A stretch of DNA of 64,000 nt from Pavona decussata (Eukaryota): positions 744,001 to 808,000 of the forward strand of contig CDRNST010000070.1 in the NCBI GenBank assembly GCA_977016875.1. The letters run 5' to 3'. The position numbers were made by a program, and so were the translations under genes. The notes below the pieces were generated by a model. That model searched no databases and was not told where the DNA came from. It was given only the letters and a program-made list of their open reading frames with translations. Shown one piece after another: positions 36,049 to 49,400 of the stretch (position 1 is the first letter of the stretch; each line of letters opens with the position of its first letter).

Positions 36049-39000
36049 AGTAGGTTGAGCCGGAGCTGATGAGGGAGTATTCACTGGAGTATTTGAGGTA
36101 TCCTAATGTAAAGAAATCTGAAAAATAAGACAATCAAATATAATGAAATAATTGTCCGTTGATTCGTAATATTTCTCTTTCACTTTCTAAGGAAACAAAC
36201 ATAAAAATTATCATCCGTGCTTCGAACTATTCTTGGATGTTGCAAAAAGAACAGAAATATTCAACATATTCTCCTCACGCATATCGCCGGAAGAGCGTTT
36301 CAGATAACTGAATGGCGGACACTTTTTAAAATACACCCGTTTTATCTTCATAGGTGAACGCACGTGACCGACGGCTTCGAAACCAGTTATTTTCAGTTTC
36401 TGAGACATAATGTTGTTTCCATCTCACAAACTGGCACGTTTTCGTAAATAAAGATTATCACGAGTGAGTAAATAGAATAACTTGCGAGGGACAACTTAAC
36501 ACAAAAGTTTCTTAGGTGACGTTCGATTCAGGGGTTTAACTGTTGTATTCAGAGGTTTAACTTGCTTCCTTTCACCGCTTTCGTAAACTGAGTAATAGAT
36601 CTTTAAAATTTGGGTGGAACGTTGGTAATTGTAATCTTTAAGTACTTAGTACCGGTTTAAGTGACTCATGTGGAAGTGGACTTTCGAAAGAGGTTCAGAA
36701 GTAGTACAACTTTTACTTTGGGGTTTGATGTAACGATCTTTCGACTTTTAACTGTTGTAGTCTATGGGTGCTTCCTTATCAAGGGTGGTCCTCCACGCAA
36801 GTGCTGCATTTTGAACCCTTTCACAGTAAAAGAATCCTTGTGGATTCATATTCATTTCCTCTTGGGTTAGTTTGGGGAAACTGATTGTACTGATCGGGCA
36901 CCACATCTGTCAATTCTCAACCGTACACTTGTAAAATATTCAGTTCTGACTTATGAGGGCGTCGGTGCAGTTTCCTCGTTACCTGTTTTAATTTTTGTCC
37001 GAGTTCAAAAGTATCATGATGAAATCGAAGAAAGCTTGGAAGCACCGATCAAAATAAAGTAGCCAGAAGACATGAAGACATGATAATGTATGCAGACAGG
37101 AACAAAACAGGATTGACCTTAATATTTGTTTAAATCCACTCATGACCTCAAGTGTGATGGAATGTTTGGAGCTATGTATCCAATCAAGATTATGTTGACA
37201 TTTCGTTGGGGTGGTTCTTTCCCAGAATTATATCTGTTTTACGTTAGCGGCAAGCTTCTTATCACGGAGTTGAATGTATTATCTTCTTAGTACGAGCACG
37301 TTCTACGTGGATAAATAAATTACTTACTTACTTTAAATAGAGGAGACCTCACATGTACACTCTTTATGGCGTCATAAATAATTCACCAAAATTGTTCAAA
37401 GAGCCTCTGTACTGCAGACTTTAGTTATAATCAAATGACGCGCAAGTTCGGTTACACTGCAGACAAATATTGCAGAAATGTTACCGGCAAGTAGAATTTG
37501 GAGCAGAACTGTTCAATTGTAATACGGTTCAATGGCTTAATGGTAATCAGAGACTGATTCGCGAACTGTTATGGAAACCTAAAAGCTGGGAACCGGATAT
37601 TTACCTTTTTATGGAAGCTTGAGTGCGTCAGCGATCAAAGACAAAGTCAAAGGTATAACCTCATAGAGTTTCATAAATCTGTTCCGGTGTATCGCGGCTG
37701 GCCGTTATATATTTTACTCCTGCGCACGGAATCGTTTCTTTAATTTTGCTTTCCGTTCACAGCCAGTCCAGGCCAGGCCAGCCTTAAAAATTTCATTTTC
37801 TACTATCTGATACCTCCCAACCAATCTACGCTGAAATAAAAGATTCTCTTACGTTATTCTTGCAAAAAAATAAAAAAACAATTAAAAAAACTGTCAAAAT
37901 TCGTGCGCGTGCTCGCGCGCACCTCTCGCGCGTGGCCCCCGGACCCCAAATGAAGGACCAAGCACTCGATAAGCAATCTTTTGTGTGAGTTCCATCATTG
38001 TATGACAGCAGGAGCATAGTTAAGCACAACGCAAAACTGAAGCAGTCATCCTGTATAAATGTCTTCTTTTATTATGATATTACCATTAACTGTGCGAAAG
38101 TGTTAAGAAGGTGCTAAGCATGAGGTCAAATTATTAAATTACCCTTGGTTTGTCACGGGATCCCAGGTCAGTTCTCTGCTGGACTGCTGATAACAAAGAC
38201 CTACCAGACTGCATGTACTGACAGTAAAGATTCTTCCTATGGGGAGGGTAAAGAAGTGTATTAAATTGCAGTGATAAAACCCCAGAGAAAACAAAGAGAT
38301 CAATAAAGCGAAAGAGTTTTTAAGTGGCACTTCCGGTAGGGGGCTCTTGTGACTGCCGTCGATATAGCGTGAAATCGAACGAAATTCAATATATAAGAGT
38401 TTGACCCGAGCTAGGTAAACGAGGGTTTAATATTATACTGTGCTTTGGCAAACGTCACGTTTTTTCAGAACTGTTTATTAAACACTAATAATCATATTTG
38501 TATATGAGTTAAACTGCGCTCAGATAGCGGAACAACAAACAAACATATACTAAAGCCAAGAACAAAGCCAGCACCCCGGGGAAAACATTTAAAGAACGAA
38601 ATTTTGCGCTGCGTGAGTTATCTGTCTGAAAAAGAAATAAACCGTTTTGTTCAACATCAAATGTTGTGCGCATCAAGAGTGCAACATATATTCTGCTTGT
38701 CCGCTTCAGCTAAATCCCAATTCTCAGACGTTCCACGGCCGAAACGAGGCACCGGCAACAAAGACAACGTGGACAGTTCATTATATGCCAAGCGATCGCC
38801 AATAAAGGATTTTAAATAAACCATGTGTCATTAACAATTGATTTTTATGTCGAAGCGTGTGATCACAAGTGCAGGCGCGACAACAATCGTAATCCTGTAA
38901 ACAAAGCGGACGAACGCTGCAGTAGTGCAGTTTGTATATGTTATGAATGTTTTATCGACATCCACTTTTACATATTCAAGCCGCGCGCGCTCCTAAATTC

Positions 39001-39182
39001 GTTTCCATAGATCGCAGTCAAGCGTCGATGGGTTGGTTGAAAAATCGTTCATCGCTATGCAGCCGTTGTTGAGTTATCGTTCTCCTGGCGAATAATATGC
39101 CAAGCCAATAGGAGCCGGCCAATCGAGAAAAACGTTTACGAATAATATTTCGGTTATTAAGAAGCACAGCTTTATTGGAAAC

Positions 39183-42100
39183 ATGGCGGAGCGGAGCAGA
39201 GATCGATCGGGAGGCCCAGACAAATGTATGGCGGCAATGAAAGAGGATCTTACGGCGTGGATGTCGAGTATCTTGAGTCTGGTGATTACGGTAGAGACGC
39301 TGTTAGAAGATCTGGAAACGGGAGTGGTTGTGTGTAGACTTGCTAACGCGATTCAAAGCACGGGTGAAGATTTTCTTCAACATAACCCATCTATACCTCG
39401 AAACACTTTTCCACTGTGCGGGGTTACTTACAAAGAAAGGACAGCCTTTCGCGGCTCGTTCATTGCAAGAGACAATGTAGCGAATTTTATTCGGTGGTGT
39501 CGTGAACTTGGAGTATCGGATGTTATTATGTTTGAAACGGAAGATCTTGTTCTTCATAAGAACGAGAAGTCTGTTATTTTAACTCTGATGGAGGTGGCTC
39601 GTATCAGCGTAAAATTCGGCTTAGAGCCGCCAGATTTGGTCAGAATGGAGAATGAAATCGACCAAGAAATTGAACACCACGCGGACGAGATCATGGAAGA
39701 GCCGATGATTCGGTTAAAAAAGAAACATAAATCTCACAGCCTCGATGATTTGGTGAGTACGTGCCCTGAAAGGTGTCTTAAACTTGAAAATAATAAAATG
39801 TCAATAGATTATGGCGCTTTTATTGAATGATTCAAGTGAAAGTACACAGCGAGGGATACGGCACAGCAAGGAGCGCGTGAATTGTAATGAACGGTCATGA
39901 TTCGAGCCGAGAGTTATCTATACAAAATATACTACACTACCATTATTCAAATTAGGCAGTCTGACAGTTCCATTTTTATCACAAAAAGTTTTCATTATAA
40001 TCGCATTGTACTTTGTTAGCTCAACTTGTTTGCATTACAAAACCAGTAACTTTGCTCGCTGTTCGTAAAGAGCTTAGATTTGCGATTACTAAAAAAAATT
40101 ATTGATCACTAAAACCAGGCGAAAATATTAGTCGGCGAGCCGTAAACTCCTTGCCGTGACCCTGCAAATTCTATCCTCTTTACCTTTGCTCTATATTAAA
40201 ATTATGTTTTCGTTTGTGACCACAAGACTATCTCGTGTTTCACGAATCGATGATCTGAAAAATAAGGTAACAGAAAGGATAAAGAGAGTAATCAAGCGAA
40301 TCAAAAGAAATTTCCTTTATATACACCAAGCGACTGAAGAAACCAAAATTATTATCATTCATGTAGAAAGCATAGACCCTATTTTAATTCCGAAAGGATT
40401 TGTTTCACGAAAATTGCATTATATTTATCATAAGATTACAGAGTAAATTTCTATAATGATTTAAAAATTATTTTTTGCTTGAAAAAAAAATTCTCCACAA
40501 CCGAGAATTCCTGGACTGAAATGAGAAGTGCTTCTGTATTTTATGTATTAAAATATTAAAATTGAAACAGGTCGCTGTTTGTACAGCCGCACGTGTTTTT
40601 TCCCTCAGAGTATAATTATTATTACGCCGAAAGGCGGTGCAATTTTTTGTTTGAGTTCTGAAAAGAATATTTTAAATATTGGTTCTTTTTAAACGAGAGG
40701 TTTATTGCGTATTAAACTGAACGAACGTGCTCACTTAGAAGTCGATCAACCATTACTGAAGCAGGAAAATTTCCTGTCCTCGGCGAATCATTTGAATTTA
40801 CCAGAGAAAACTAGCAATGTACATGTATAGTGGACCGAGAAACAGAGATTATCAAACAGATAAACATACCATTGATGGTCTCACCAATATTCACCCATAA
40901 GTAGTTACTACTGCTTTTAATATCTTAATTGAAAATGTGAGTAAGTGTCTGAGGTTCGATTAATAATTTTTCGGTAAGAAAGCTGGATGCGATGTTTCCT
41001 GTTTGCCGTTGCAATGCCGAAAAAATCACTATCTTTACTTAGTTGTACTCTATAAAACTTAACGATCCAATTTCTATTCTTTGCTACATTTGTAAAGAAT
41101 AAGAATTGACCAAGACTATAGTGCTTCACTTCACGCGATGTGATCAATGTGTTTCCATATGTAAATTTCTGCACTAATTTCTTTTAATTTCAATGCAAAC
41201 TCGCGAAAGTTCGGAAGCATGAATATTGTTTTTATTTCACCGAGGGAAAATTCAGGAAAATGCTAAAAACCTGTGTTTTCAATTTCGTGTTTTGATGTTC
41301 TTATTCACAAGTTAAGTCAACAAAATTGTTGGTTTTTAATTAGTTCTTAGCAGTACTATACACTAAATTCACGATGTATAGAATGATGATTTGGAGTAAT
41401 TATTGCTCATTGCATGGCACAATATTCTTTTGGAGGGTAATTTAAAATGTGAGCCGTGCACTTTGTTAAAACACCCTCGAGGAAAACTGGAATCGCAAAC
41501 CGCAGGATTCTGAAAAACCGAAATATGGCGATGTCGAAATCATGCGTCCGTCATGTTACTAATTTTGTAATCCCTTTTCAATTCGTTTATGTTAATCCTT
41601 TAATCCGTCTTAGTTTTAACCCAAAAATTAATTTTATTGTCTGTTTTTTCCCCTCAAAATTCGAACAGTAATTATGGATAACTTAAATTCGTCTCGAATT
41701 TTAGAAATTCATGAACAAATCCTTTTGTTGGAAAATGCGACAATCTCTATCTTTAAAAAAAAAAGAATAATAATAATAAGTGCTTTCAGTTGAATAATAC
41801 TCACACTCACTTTACCAAAAAACCTGGTGTCTCAATTTGTTTACGATTTCCTTTCATATTTTGTTTATCATGAACGTTTTCATACTTCGATTAACAAGTC
41901 GTCGAAAAAAGGTTGACAATTCAAAAATGTTTACAGTTGTTGGTATAAGGTGTAGGTCATAAAACGTTTTCATACTTCAATGCTTTCATGGCAAGCAAAA
42001 GATGCTAATTAAATTTTGATGCAAAAAACAGCAAACAAACTTCTTCACTGATTCTTGGTCAGATTGCTTATGACTTGTTTATAGCAAACGTGTTCATACA

Positions 42101-44568
42101 TCAGCCTTTATGCTCAAGATGGGAAATAAATTGATTTGGTAGAAAAGGAAAAGGGGGGATAAAATCGGTCACAATTGCTAATAGACCCTAGTGGATTGCT
42201 CTCACCCTCGTTAATGTTTTCAAAATTACCTTGAACGATGACGCAAACAAGAAGATGATTATTAATTGGTGTTAAAACACCTCGAAAACAGATGGGACGT
42301 GCAGCTCGTAAAATGTTTATTTCGGTTAAAATCCCCGAATATTTCGTTGCAAAATCGCACGTGAAATATTGTTCATCTCCGGATGGATTCCTGTCCATCG
42401 AGCTCGTTGTTGCGTGCAATTTTCAAGACCCGAGCTGGACGAACAACAAAAGAAATAAAGAGAATTAAAAAGAGAGTTTTCAAACTACCAGCGATGCTGA
42501 AGTTTTTACTTCCAAGCATTTTAGTGCAGCGATGAGCTACCGTACGAAACAAGCATTCATAGGTTTTTCGTAATAATTCTAGTAATATCTTGTTAACAAC
42601 ATCTCATTATTTAAATAAGGCCAAAATATTGGCAAAATTCCGCCTAAAGGTACCAGTTTTTGTTGAGTCTTATAATGTTAGTTTGGAACACTGGCAAGGA
42701 TGTTCTGGATCTTACTGTTGCTGGAAGAAGTATAAAGTGATTTCGAACGAAATTGGTTGCCTCGTTACGCGACCAACCAAAGCCCCTGTATAGCTTTATC
42801 CGAATGGTTTGTTTGTTTTGGGTTTGAAATGAAATTGCACGCATCAGTTGATATCAGAATGTTTAGCGTTGGCGGATTAACTGGCACATAAGCAAATATA
42901 GATAATCAGCGTTACAGGATCGTTTCGAGATGACCTTAAATTAGGCGATAAGAGGTTTAAGTTGTTTTTCGGTCGGGTTCACTTGTATTGTAACTGCCTG
43001 ACTGTCCATCTATTTTTATTTTAATGAAAGACTAAAATTCTTCAAACGATTCACGCTCTTTTTAGCTTGGGCTTTTTGCGCCAGGCTGGGGCTTGTACCT
43101 TCAGGAGCAATGAAACTTGGGGGATAAATAGAATATCCAAACTGTTTTCTTTGCGGTCCGCCGCAGAATGGGACGGTGACTTTGCACAGCTCCCATCTTC
43201 AATCTAAACTTTCAGAAGACAGTCCAAACTGACCAAAAAAAAAAAATAATTAAAACCGATAAAGAAAATGGTATAAAAATGTCAACGTTACGATAATGAA
43301 TATCGAAAAACATGGCTGACACCGCGGGAAACATCAAGTTACGTGAGCAATCACAAATGTTTTAATACCAAATTTCTGCCAGATAAATTTTAGGCAAAGT
43401 CAGAAGTTTTACTGATATTTGTTGCAATATTTGAAAAAAATAAGAATTTTGTGCATCCTCCGTTAAGACGCGCGCCGAATTTGCTGCCAAAGTAGAAGCC
43501 GTTTAACTTCTGCAAAGTTGTGCGCAACAATGGATTCATCACCCGATTTAGTGGTTTGTTAACACACTGTAAGCTGGACCTTCAGTTTACACACGCTTCA
43601 TTCGTGATATCAGAAGTCTGACTAAATTAGGGAGCATTGTAGTGGAAATATTAGTCTTCCAGTATGGCCAAACCGCTGGGAAAGGTAAATTTCGGAGGCA
43701 AAATTTGAGTCTGTGAACAACCAAATGATCTTCATGTTGTCTACTCATTTAGTAACCTTTTTTTACGAGACTTGGAAACATTTCCTTAGGTAAAACATTT
43801 TCCTTTTTAGTTTTAATGATGCGCTTATATTAGCATGCAGGTTTCAATCAGGAATGACTGGTTTTTGTTGTATTTACAGGTTTTTCAGGTATGGGATCAA
43901 TGCACATGCCCAGTGCGGTTTCCAGTCCTCCGCGTTGCGGAAGGGAAATACCGAATGGGAGAGAACAAGTCTCTGATATTTGTCAGGGTAAGGAATTTTT
44001 CTTCGGTTCCTTTTGATTGGCTAAAATTGGCAGGCAACATAAGAATCTTAGGGATTTCAAGTGACTGTCAAAACAAGAAGACTCTAGGTAAATATCGGTA
44101 ATATCCCTCTAGTGCAGGGGAACTCTGTGGCGCAAGTAAGCTATGGCTTTCTTTAAAGATGGTTGATTGAGAAATAGCCTGTGCACAGCCGCCCCTTCCC
44201 CTCAGGCGGGCGGGGCGGCTGTGCACAGGCTATTGAGAAAGAGACCCTAAGAGACCTATCACAGAGTCGCAGTAAACTGAAAAACATTCTATTCGTTTCC
44301 ATTTTGAAACGTGTCGATTCGTTGCCTTGTTTATATATTTGGTCAAAGTTATCATTAGAGGAAAGCGGGGGATGTCTTTCTGAACTGCAAATTCTGTTTT
44401 CGTTGTGTGAAATCAGAAATTAGTACTGCTTATTTGCTCTTCGGATACCTGATCTGCTAAGTAGCCGTTTTGTTTTATATTCATCAGTGTTAATTGGGAT
44501 ATGGGTGTAGAAGCTTTCTGTTTCCGCGTACGTTTGTTTTCAAAAGTACTCTAAGAGTATCAGTGCGT

Positions 44569-44603
<35 letters not shown>

Positions 44604-46343
44604 CGAGAAGAAACGAATGTTTAGTTTATAACAGAGTTGATAACTAAAGGAAAATTGGCGACCGTAAAGAGATTCGAGTGCTGACGTTTCGAGCGTTAGC
44701 ACTTCGTTAGTGCGGATCTAACAGAGTTGATACTAAATTAAAGGTAAATTGGCCACCGTAAAGAGATTTCGTTTATCGAAGGGCTCATAGTGAAGGCTTA
44801 TTGTCTTGAGGTTTCCTCTTACTAGGTCATGCGCAAACACGTGATGGTAAGAGTTGGTGGAGGATGGGACACACTGGAGAGATATTTTGACAAACATGAT
44901 CCATGTAAGATGCCTGGTGAGTGAAGGACATAATTAGCTAACATTAGTAAAAGGAGCGATGATGCGCTTTTTTGTTTTTACTCAAGAACAAGTCTTCTGG
45001 GTCTCTCTTCTTACTTTCTTTTAATTTGTCCGGATGAGAGAGGGTCGTTATTCAACATTGTCTATGCCCACGATAGACGATTGTCGTTGGGTTTTAGGAG
45101 TCTAACTTGTTGTGCGCGATAAGCGTATCTAATTTACACAAAACAATTCGTATTCTAGGCTTGTTATCAGCATTCTGCACGCAAGAAAATTGTACCTTCT
45201 AAATAAACCCTTGAGGAAGATAAACAAGGAAAACAGTGAAGCAAATGTCTTTTATTTCTAGTTTGAGGCCAAAAAAGAGTTGTACATAACGAGTAACCCA
45301 CAGGCGGGCTGAGCTAACCATCTGACAACACTAGCATGAACTTAGCAAAAATCTAAAACTGAATGCAAGACCGGCACTACGGCAAAGGGCAGATTTATTA
45401 GTGGCCAATATTTCGACTAATAGAATTAGTCTTCCTCAGGGCCAGAGCTATACTGAAGGAAAATATAGTAACGGCTCCTTAAATTAAAGTTTGAAAAAAT
45501 ACATGGAAAAAAATGATGGCTAATACATGACATGAAGACAGCGTACTTGTATTTATGAGTTAACAAAAATATAAAGGACATAGCATTCAGTTTTGTATTT
45601 TCACGTTCAAGTGACGCTTGGCACGAGGTCTTTCACAAGAGAGATCCGGCAAAATTACCAGCAAAATTACCTGCGTTGTGTGGACCTCTGCATTCAAACG
45701 TTTTTCTATGAACTTAACGTGATGAGTGCGGTGAAGAAAATTTGTCACACAAAGTCTAATCGACATCACGCATTCGTGTTATAGGACTAACTGAGATAGT
45801 GTGGCTTGTCTCACGATAATGATTACAGAAGCTATGATATAAAAGACCGTGATTAGTCCCACGAGCATTTGCTAAACGAAACAGTGTAATGTATTTTGAG
45901 AAGATGTAACTGCTATCGAATCATGCTTAGTTCAACATCAGTTTTTTTTTCTACTTCAATTTTTTTGTCACCCTTAAACTTTAGAGAGGCAAAGAAGAAA
46001 CTCGGTGAAGTCTCCGAGATCGCGCTGTGGAAGTGATGTGATTGGTCGATCTCCAAGCTCAATGAGTATTTCCAGTACCGACAGCCACGACTCGAGTGGT
46101 ATACCTGTGACACACGGGCGTGCAGCATCCTGGTCCTCGCCCCAAACTTCCTCTTCACAGGTTTGTATCAAAAAATCTTTGCCCGATTTTTCTATAGTTT
46201 TAATATTTTCGTCGAAATAATATGTAAACTTGAGTTTCTGGTTTTCTTACGCTGCTCACACTAAGGTTTTTGGTTTGAAATCGAGGCCAAGCTTACTTGC
46301 AATTGGTTTAAATATTTAAAATTAAAGTGGACGTAGCATCCAA

Positions 46344-46420
<77 letters not shown>

Positions 46421-49400
46421 ATTTTTCTTTTTTTTTTTCTTCCTCACTTTTTATTGAAACAGCAGCTGTGTTCTGGTAATTTTTTTTAATTTCATTTTTG
46501 TAATTTACGTTGGAAGACCATTTCTTACATTCTCCGTTCATTGAAGCAACAGTTCCGCTCAGTTTAACAGCTGTACTGTCGAATCACTTGCTTGAAGTTT
46601 GTTTAATTCGGATCAGCAAACGGAGTGGAGGATCTTCAAACCCACCTAGGAACAAGTCCTTTTCCTGTTTTTTATTTTTTTTTTTTCGAACAAGCAACAT
46701 TTCCTGTATGGCGTCGCCTTTTAATTCATCCTTCGAATCTTTTTTTTAGCCAGTTAATTCGACCGCAGTCAGTAGTCAGTTCAGTTGTCGACTGAACGAT
46801 TTTGATAAAGGTTTCAAACGATTCGGGTCGGGAGCAATCTAAGAGACTGATAAGTTGTAGCTAGTTCAATTCAGTGACGTGCGATAGGCGTTATTTTCTT
46901 TATACGTAGCGTTACGGAAGTATTTTCTTATGCGCGGCCTCACGCTGAATCGAACAAGATAACGCCACGTCACATCGCAGCATCACATCTTCAGCCGATT
47001 GCAATCGAACGTTAACTTTCTTTTAATCACCTTACAATCGTTGAGCACAATCGTTCGACAGTATTGAAGATGAGTTTTGATCAGGGTAGCGCTGAGTTGC
47101 TTCTTTAATATCGTAAACTCTGGCTCCACCAAACACGAGGTGAGTCGAGGCAAGGCGAATCACGCGATTTTATACAGTTTTATAGCTTCGACGTTTTCGA
47201 AAAGAGTAACGTTCGATTGGGTTTAGATACGTTGGGTTATCTTTATTAAGGTCTTTATTCTCGAAGCAATCGTAACGATGAATCTCCCGGCGAAAACGAT
47301 TATCATAATTTATTTGTAGTGGTTTAAATATTAAAAGATAAACGTCACCTATCGTGCCAGGCCCTGTGGCCCAATGGATAAGGCATCTGACTACGAATCA
47401 GGGGATTCCAGGTTCGAGTCCTGGCAGGGTCGATTTTTGCTACTCTCCGCAATTTTATTTTCCTTTTTTTTTTCTTTCCATTATTAGTTGCAAAGTGATA
47501 AATTCATCAAGTTGTAGCAAATTTTATTTTTCAGTAAAAAAAAAAATAATAAATAAATAAATTTAATGTGAACGGAAGGGAACGGATCGCATTTTTTGCG
47601 CATTTTTAATTCCGGTTCAGGAATATTAACAAAATAGACAGGTACCGGTTACGAAAAGAACGCAATGCCTCCTATTCTCATTAAACCGAAAACCCTTCCT
47701 AAAAGAACACAATTCCTTTTATTCTGATTAAACTGTATTTATTCCGGAAACACTGAGAAACGTGTAATCCTATTCTGGAATACTCCCAAAAAACGCGTCC
47801 TTGATTTCCCAGTAAGCCTAAAAAATATATATATTTTTTCTTTTACAAGAATATTTTTTTATAAGAACGTTCAGGCCGAGATTAACCAAAATTTTAAGAG
47901 CACACTAAGAACACACCCAGGCTGAGAGTCAGTTAAGAATTTTTATTTTGCTCACTTTTTTGTGAGTAGTTTAAATGAAGGTATTAAAAAGAAATGTAAA
48001 ACTGTAGTTGAAAAGGAAAATTAACTCAAATACTTAGGGACGTTTTTTTAACATTAACAATGTGGTTTTCTTATTGCATGATACACTGAAGAACAACTCA
48101 GTTTGTAGTCGAACTTAGTCCACACTGATTTATTGAAATACTATACCACACAACATTCAGAACTAAGAACGANNNNNNNNNNNNNNNNNNNNNNNNNNNN
48201 NNNNNNNNNNNNNNNNNNNNNNNNNNNNNNNNNNNNNNNNNNNNNNNNNNNNNNNNNNNNNNNNNNNNNNNNNNNNNNNNNNNNNNNNNNNNNNNNNNNN
48301 NNNTTAGACGTTTTTATATATAAAAAAGTGTATATTTTAGCGATAATTCAACTTAGAGAATAGCTGTTTCCCTTCGCCACCTTTTTTCTCCGAGAATTCT
48401 GAGTTAAAGAATTGAATCTTTCAAAGCACCATCTATTTATAATTAAAAAAGCATCCCACCATGCCTGTTTATGAAATTGTAAAGTATTGCCTTTCCGAAT
48501 AAAGCTACTGAGCAGTGCAGTACTCTCCTACGGTGCCATTTATTATGTTGCGCAAGGTCAGGTGGTTCTACCTTTTGAGTCTGTGGAGGAAATCCTAAAG
48601 TGTTGCCATTCAAACGAAAGCTATTGAGCAGTACTTTCAGGGGTGCTGTTTATTATGCTGCTTGTAACTTTTGAGTCTGTGGATGAATTCCTAAAGTGTG
48701 ACCCTTCAAATTAAATCTACTGGGCAGAACTTATCAGTAATACTGCAGCTTATGATTGCTGTACAAGGTGGTTCTAAGTATGATGACTAAGGGGACAGCT
48801 TTTGAGCATTTGTTGTTGTTGTTGTTTTATTTGTTTGTGGTACTCTTTGTTATGCTGTATGTGTATGAGGTTGAATTCCTGAAGTGTGACCATTTAAGTA
48901 TTTTTGCGCGGTTTGTGAAAATGCGGGAAAAGCAGCAGATTGAAGCAAGTGTTATTGAAAGCCCAAAAGAAAATTTGGGGTAACCGCGCATTCTTCATAG
49001 ATAATTAAGCTACCATAATTCTAAAAGCTTTATTACATAACAAAGTATGTCATTTTTTTTTTCCAAATTGAAGCTTAATTATTAAACAAAAATACCTTTG
49101 AATTAGTAGGCACCGTCCTTAAGAAATGAGAGCCGAGTCTCGGACGCCGCACAACGTCTTCAAAACGAGGCAGTACGTTGCACTTCAAAAGTAGGACAAG
49201 GTTAAACAGCATTCTAATAAAGCGGTAGATGACTGATGCTATATCTCTGTTTTAGCTCAAGAGTCCACGAGATCCTGTGGCGCGAACGACGAGCACATCC
49301 CCCACACGAAGCCCTTCTCCATCCTCTCCGCGTCTGCAGCACCGGCAAAGGCGGGGCACAATGACACGTGATACGCCACCCAGAACCATCGACACACAGC

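Larger units (their letters stand above)
25378..38856. repeat. Tandem segmental duplication: unit 1 25378-31817, unit 2 31816-38856
   Basis: Collinear near-identity throughout. The junction ...tagtcgaaGCttctaaaattttgac joins the unit end (cf. 38849 gtcgaaGCgtg) to the unit start (cf. 25375 tttGCttctaaaattttgac) through a 2-bp GC microhomology. Confidence 0.93.

Noticed and set aside
47600-47800. Segment similar to 63140-63365
   Set aside because: An ordinary degenerate dispersed repeat; ends and class could not be defined.
48502-48895. Regularly spaced repeats as a possible CRISPR array
   Set aside because: The whole unit is repeated with no unique spacers and there are no cas genes; it is a dispersed tandem repeat also found at 60087-60420.
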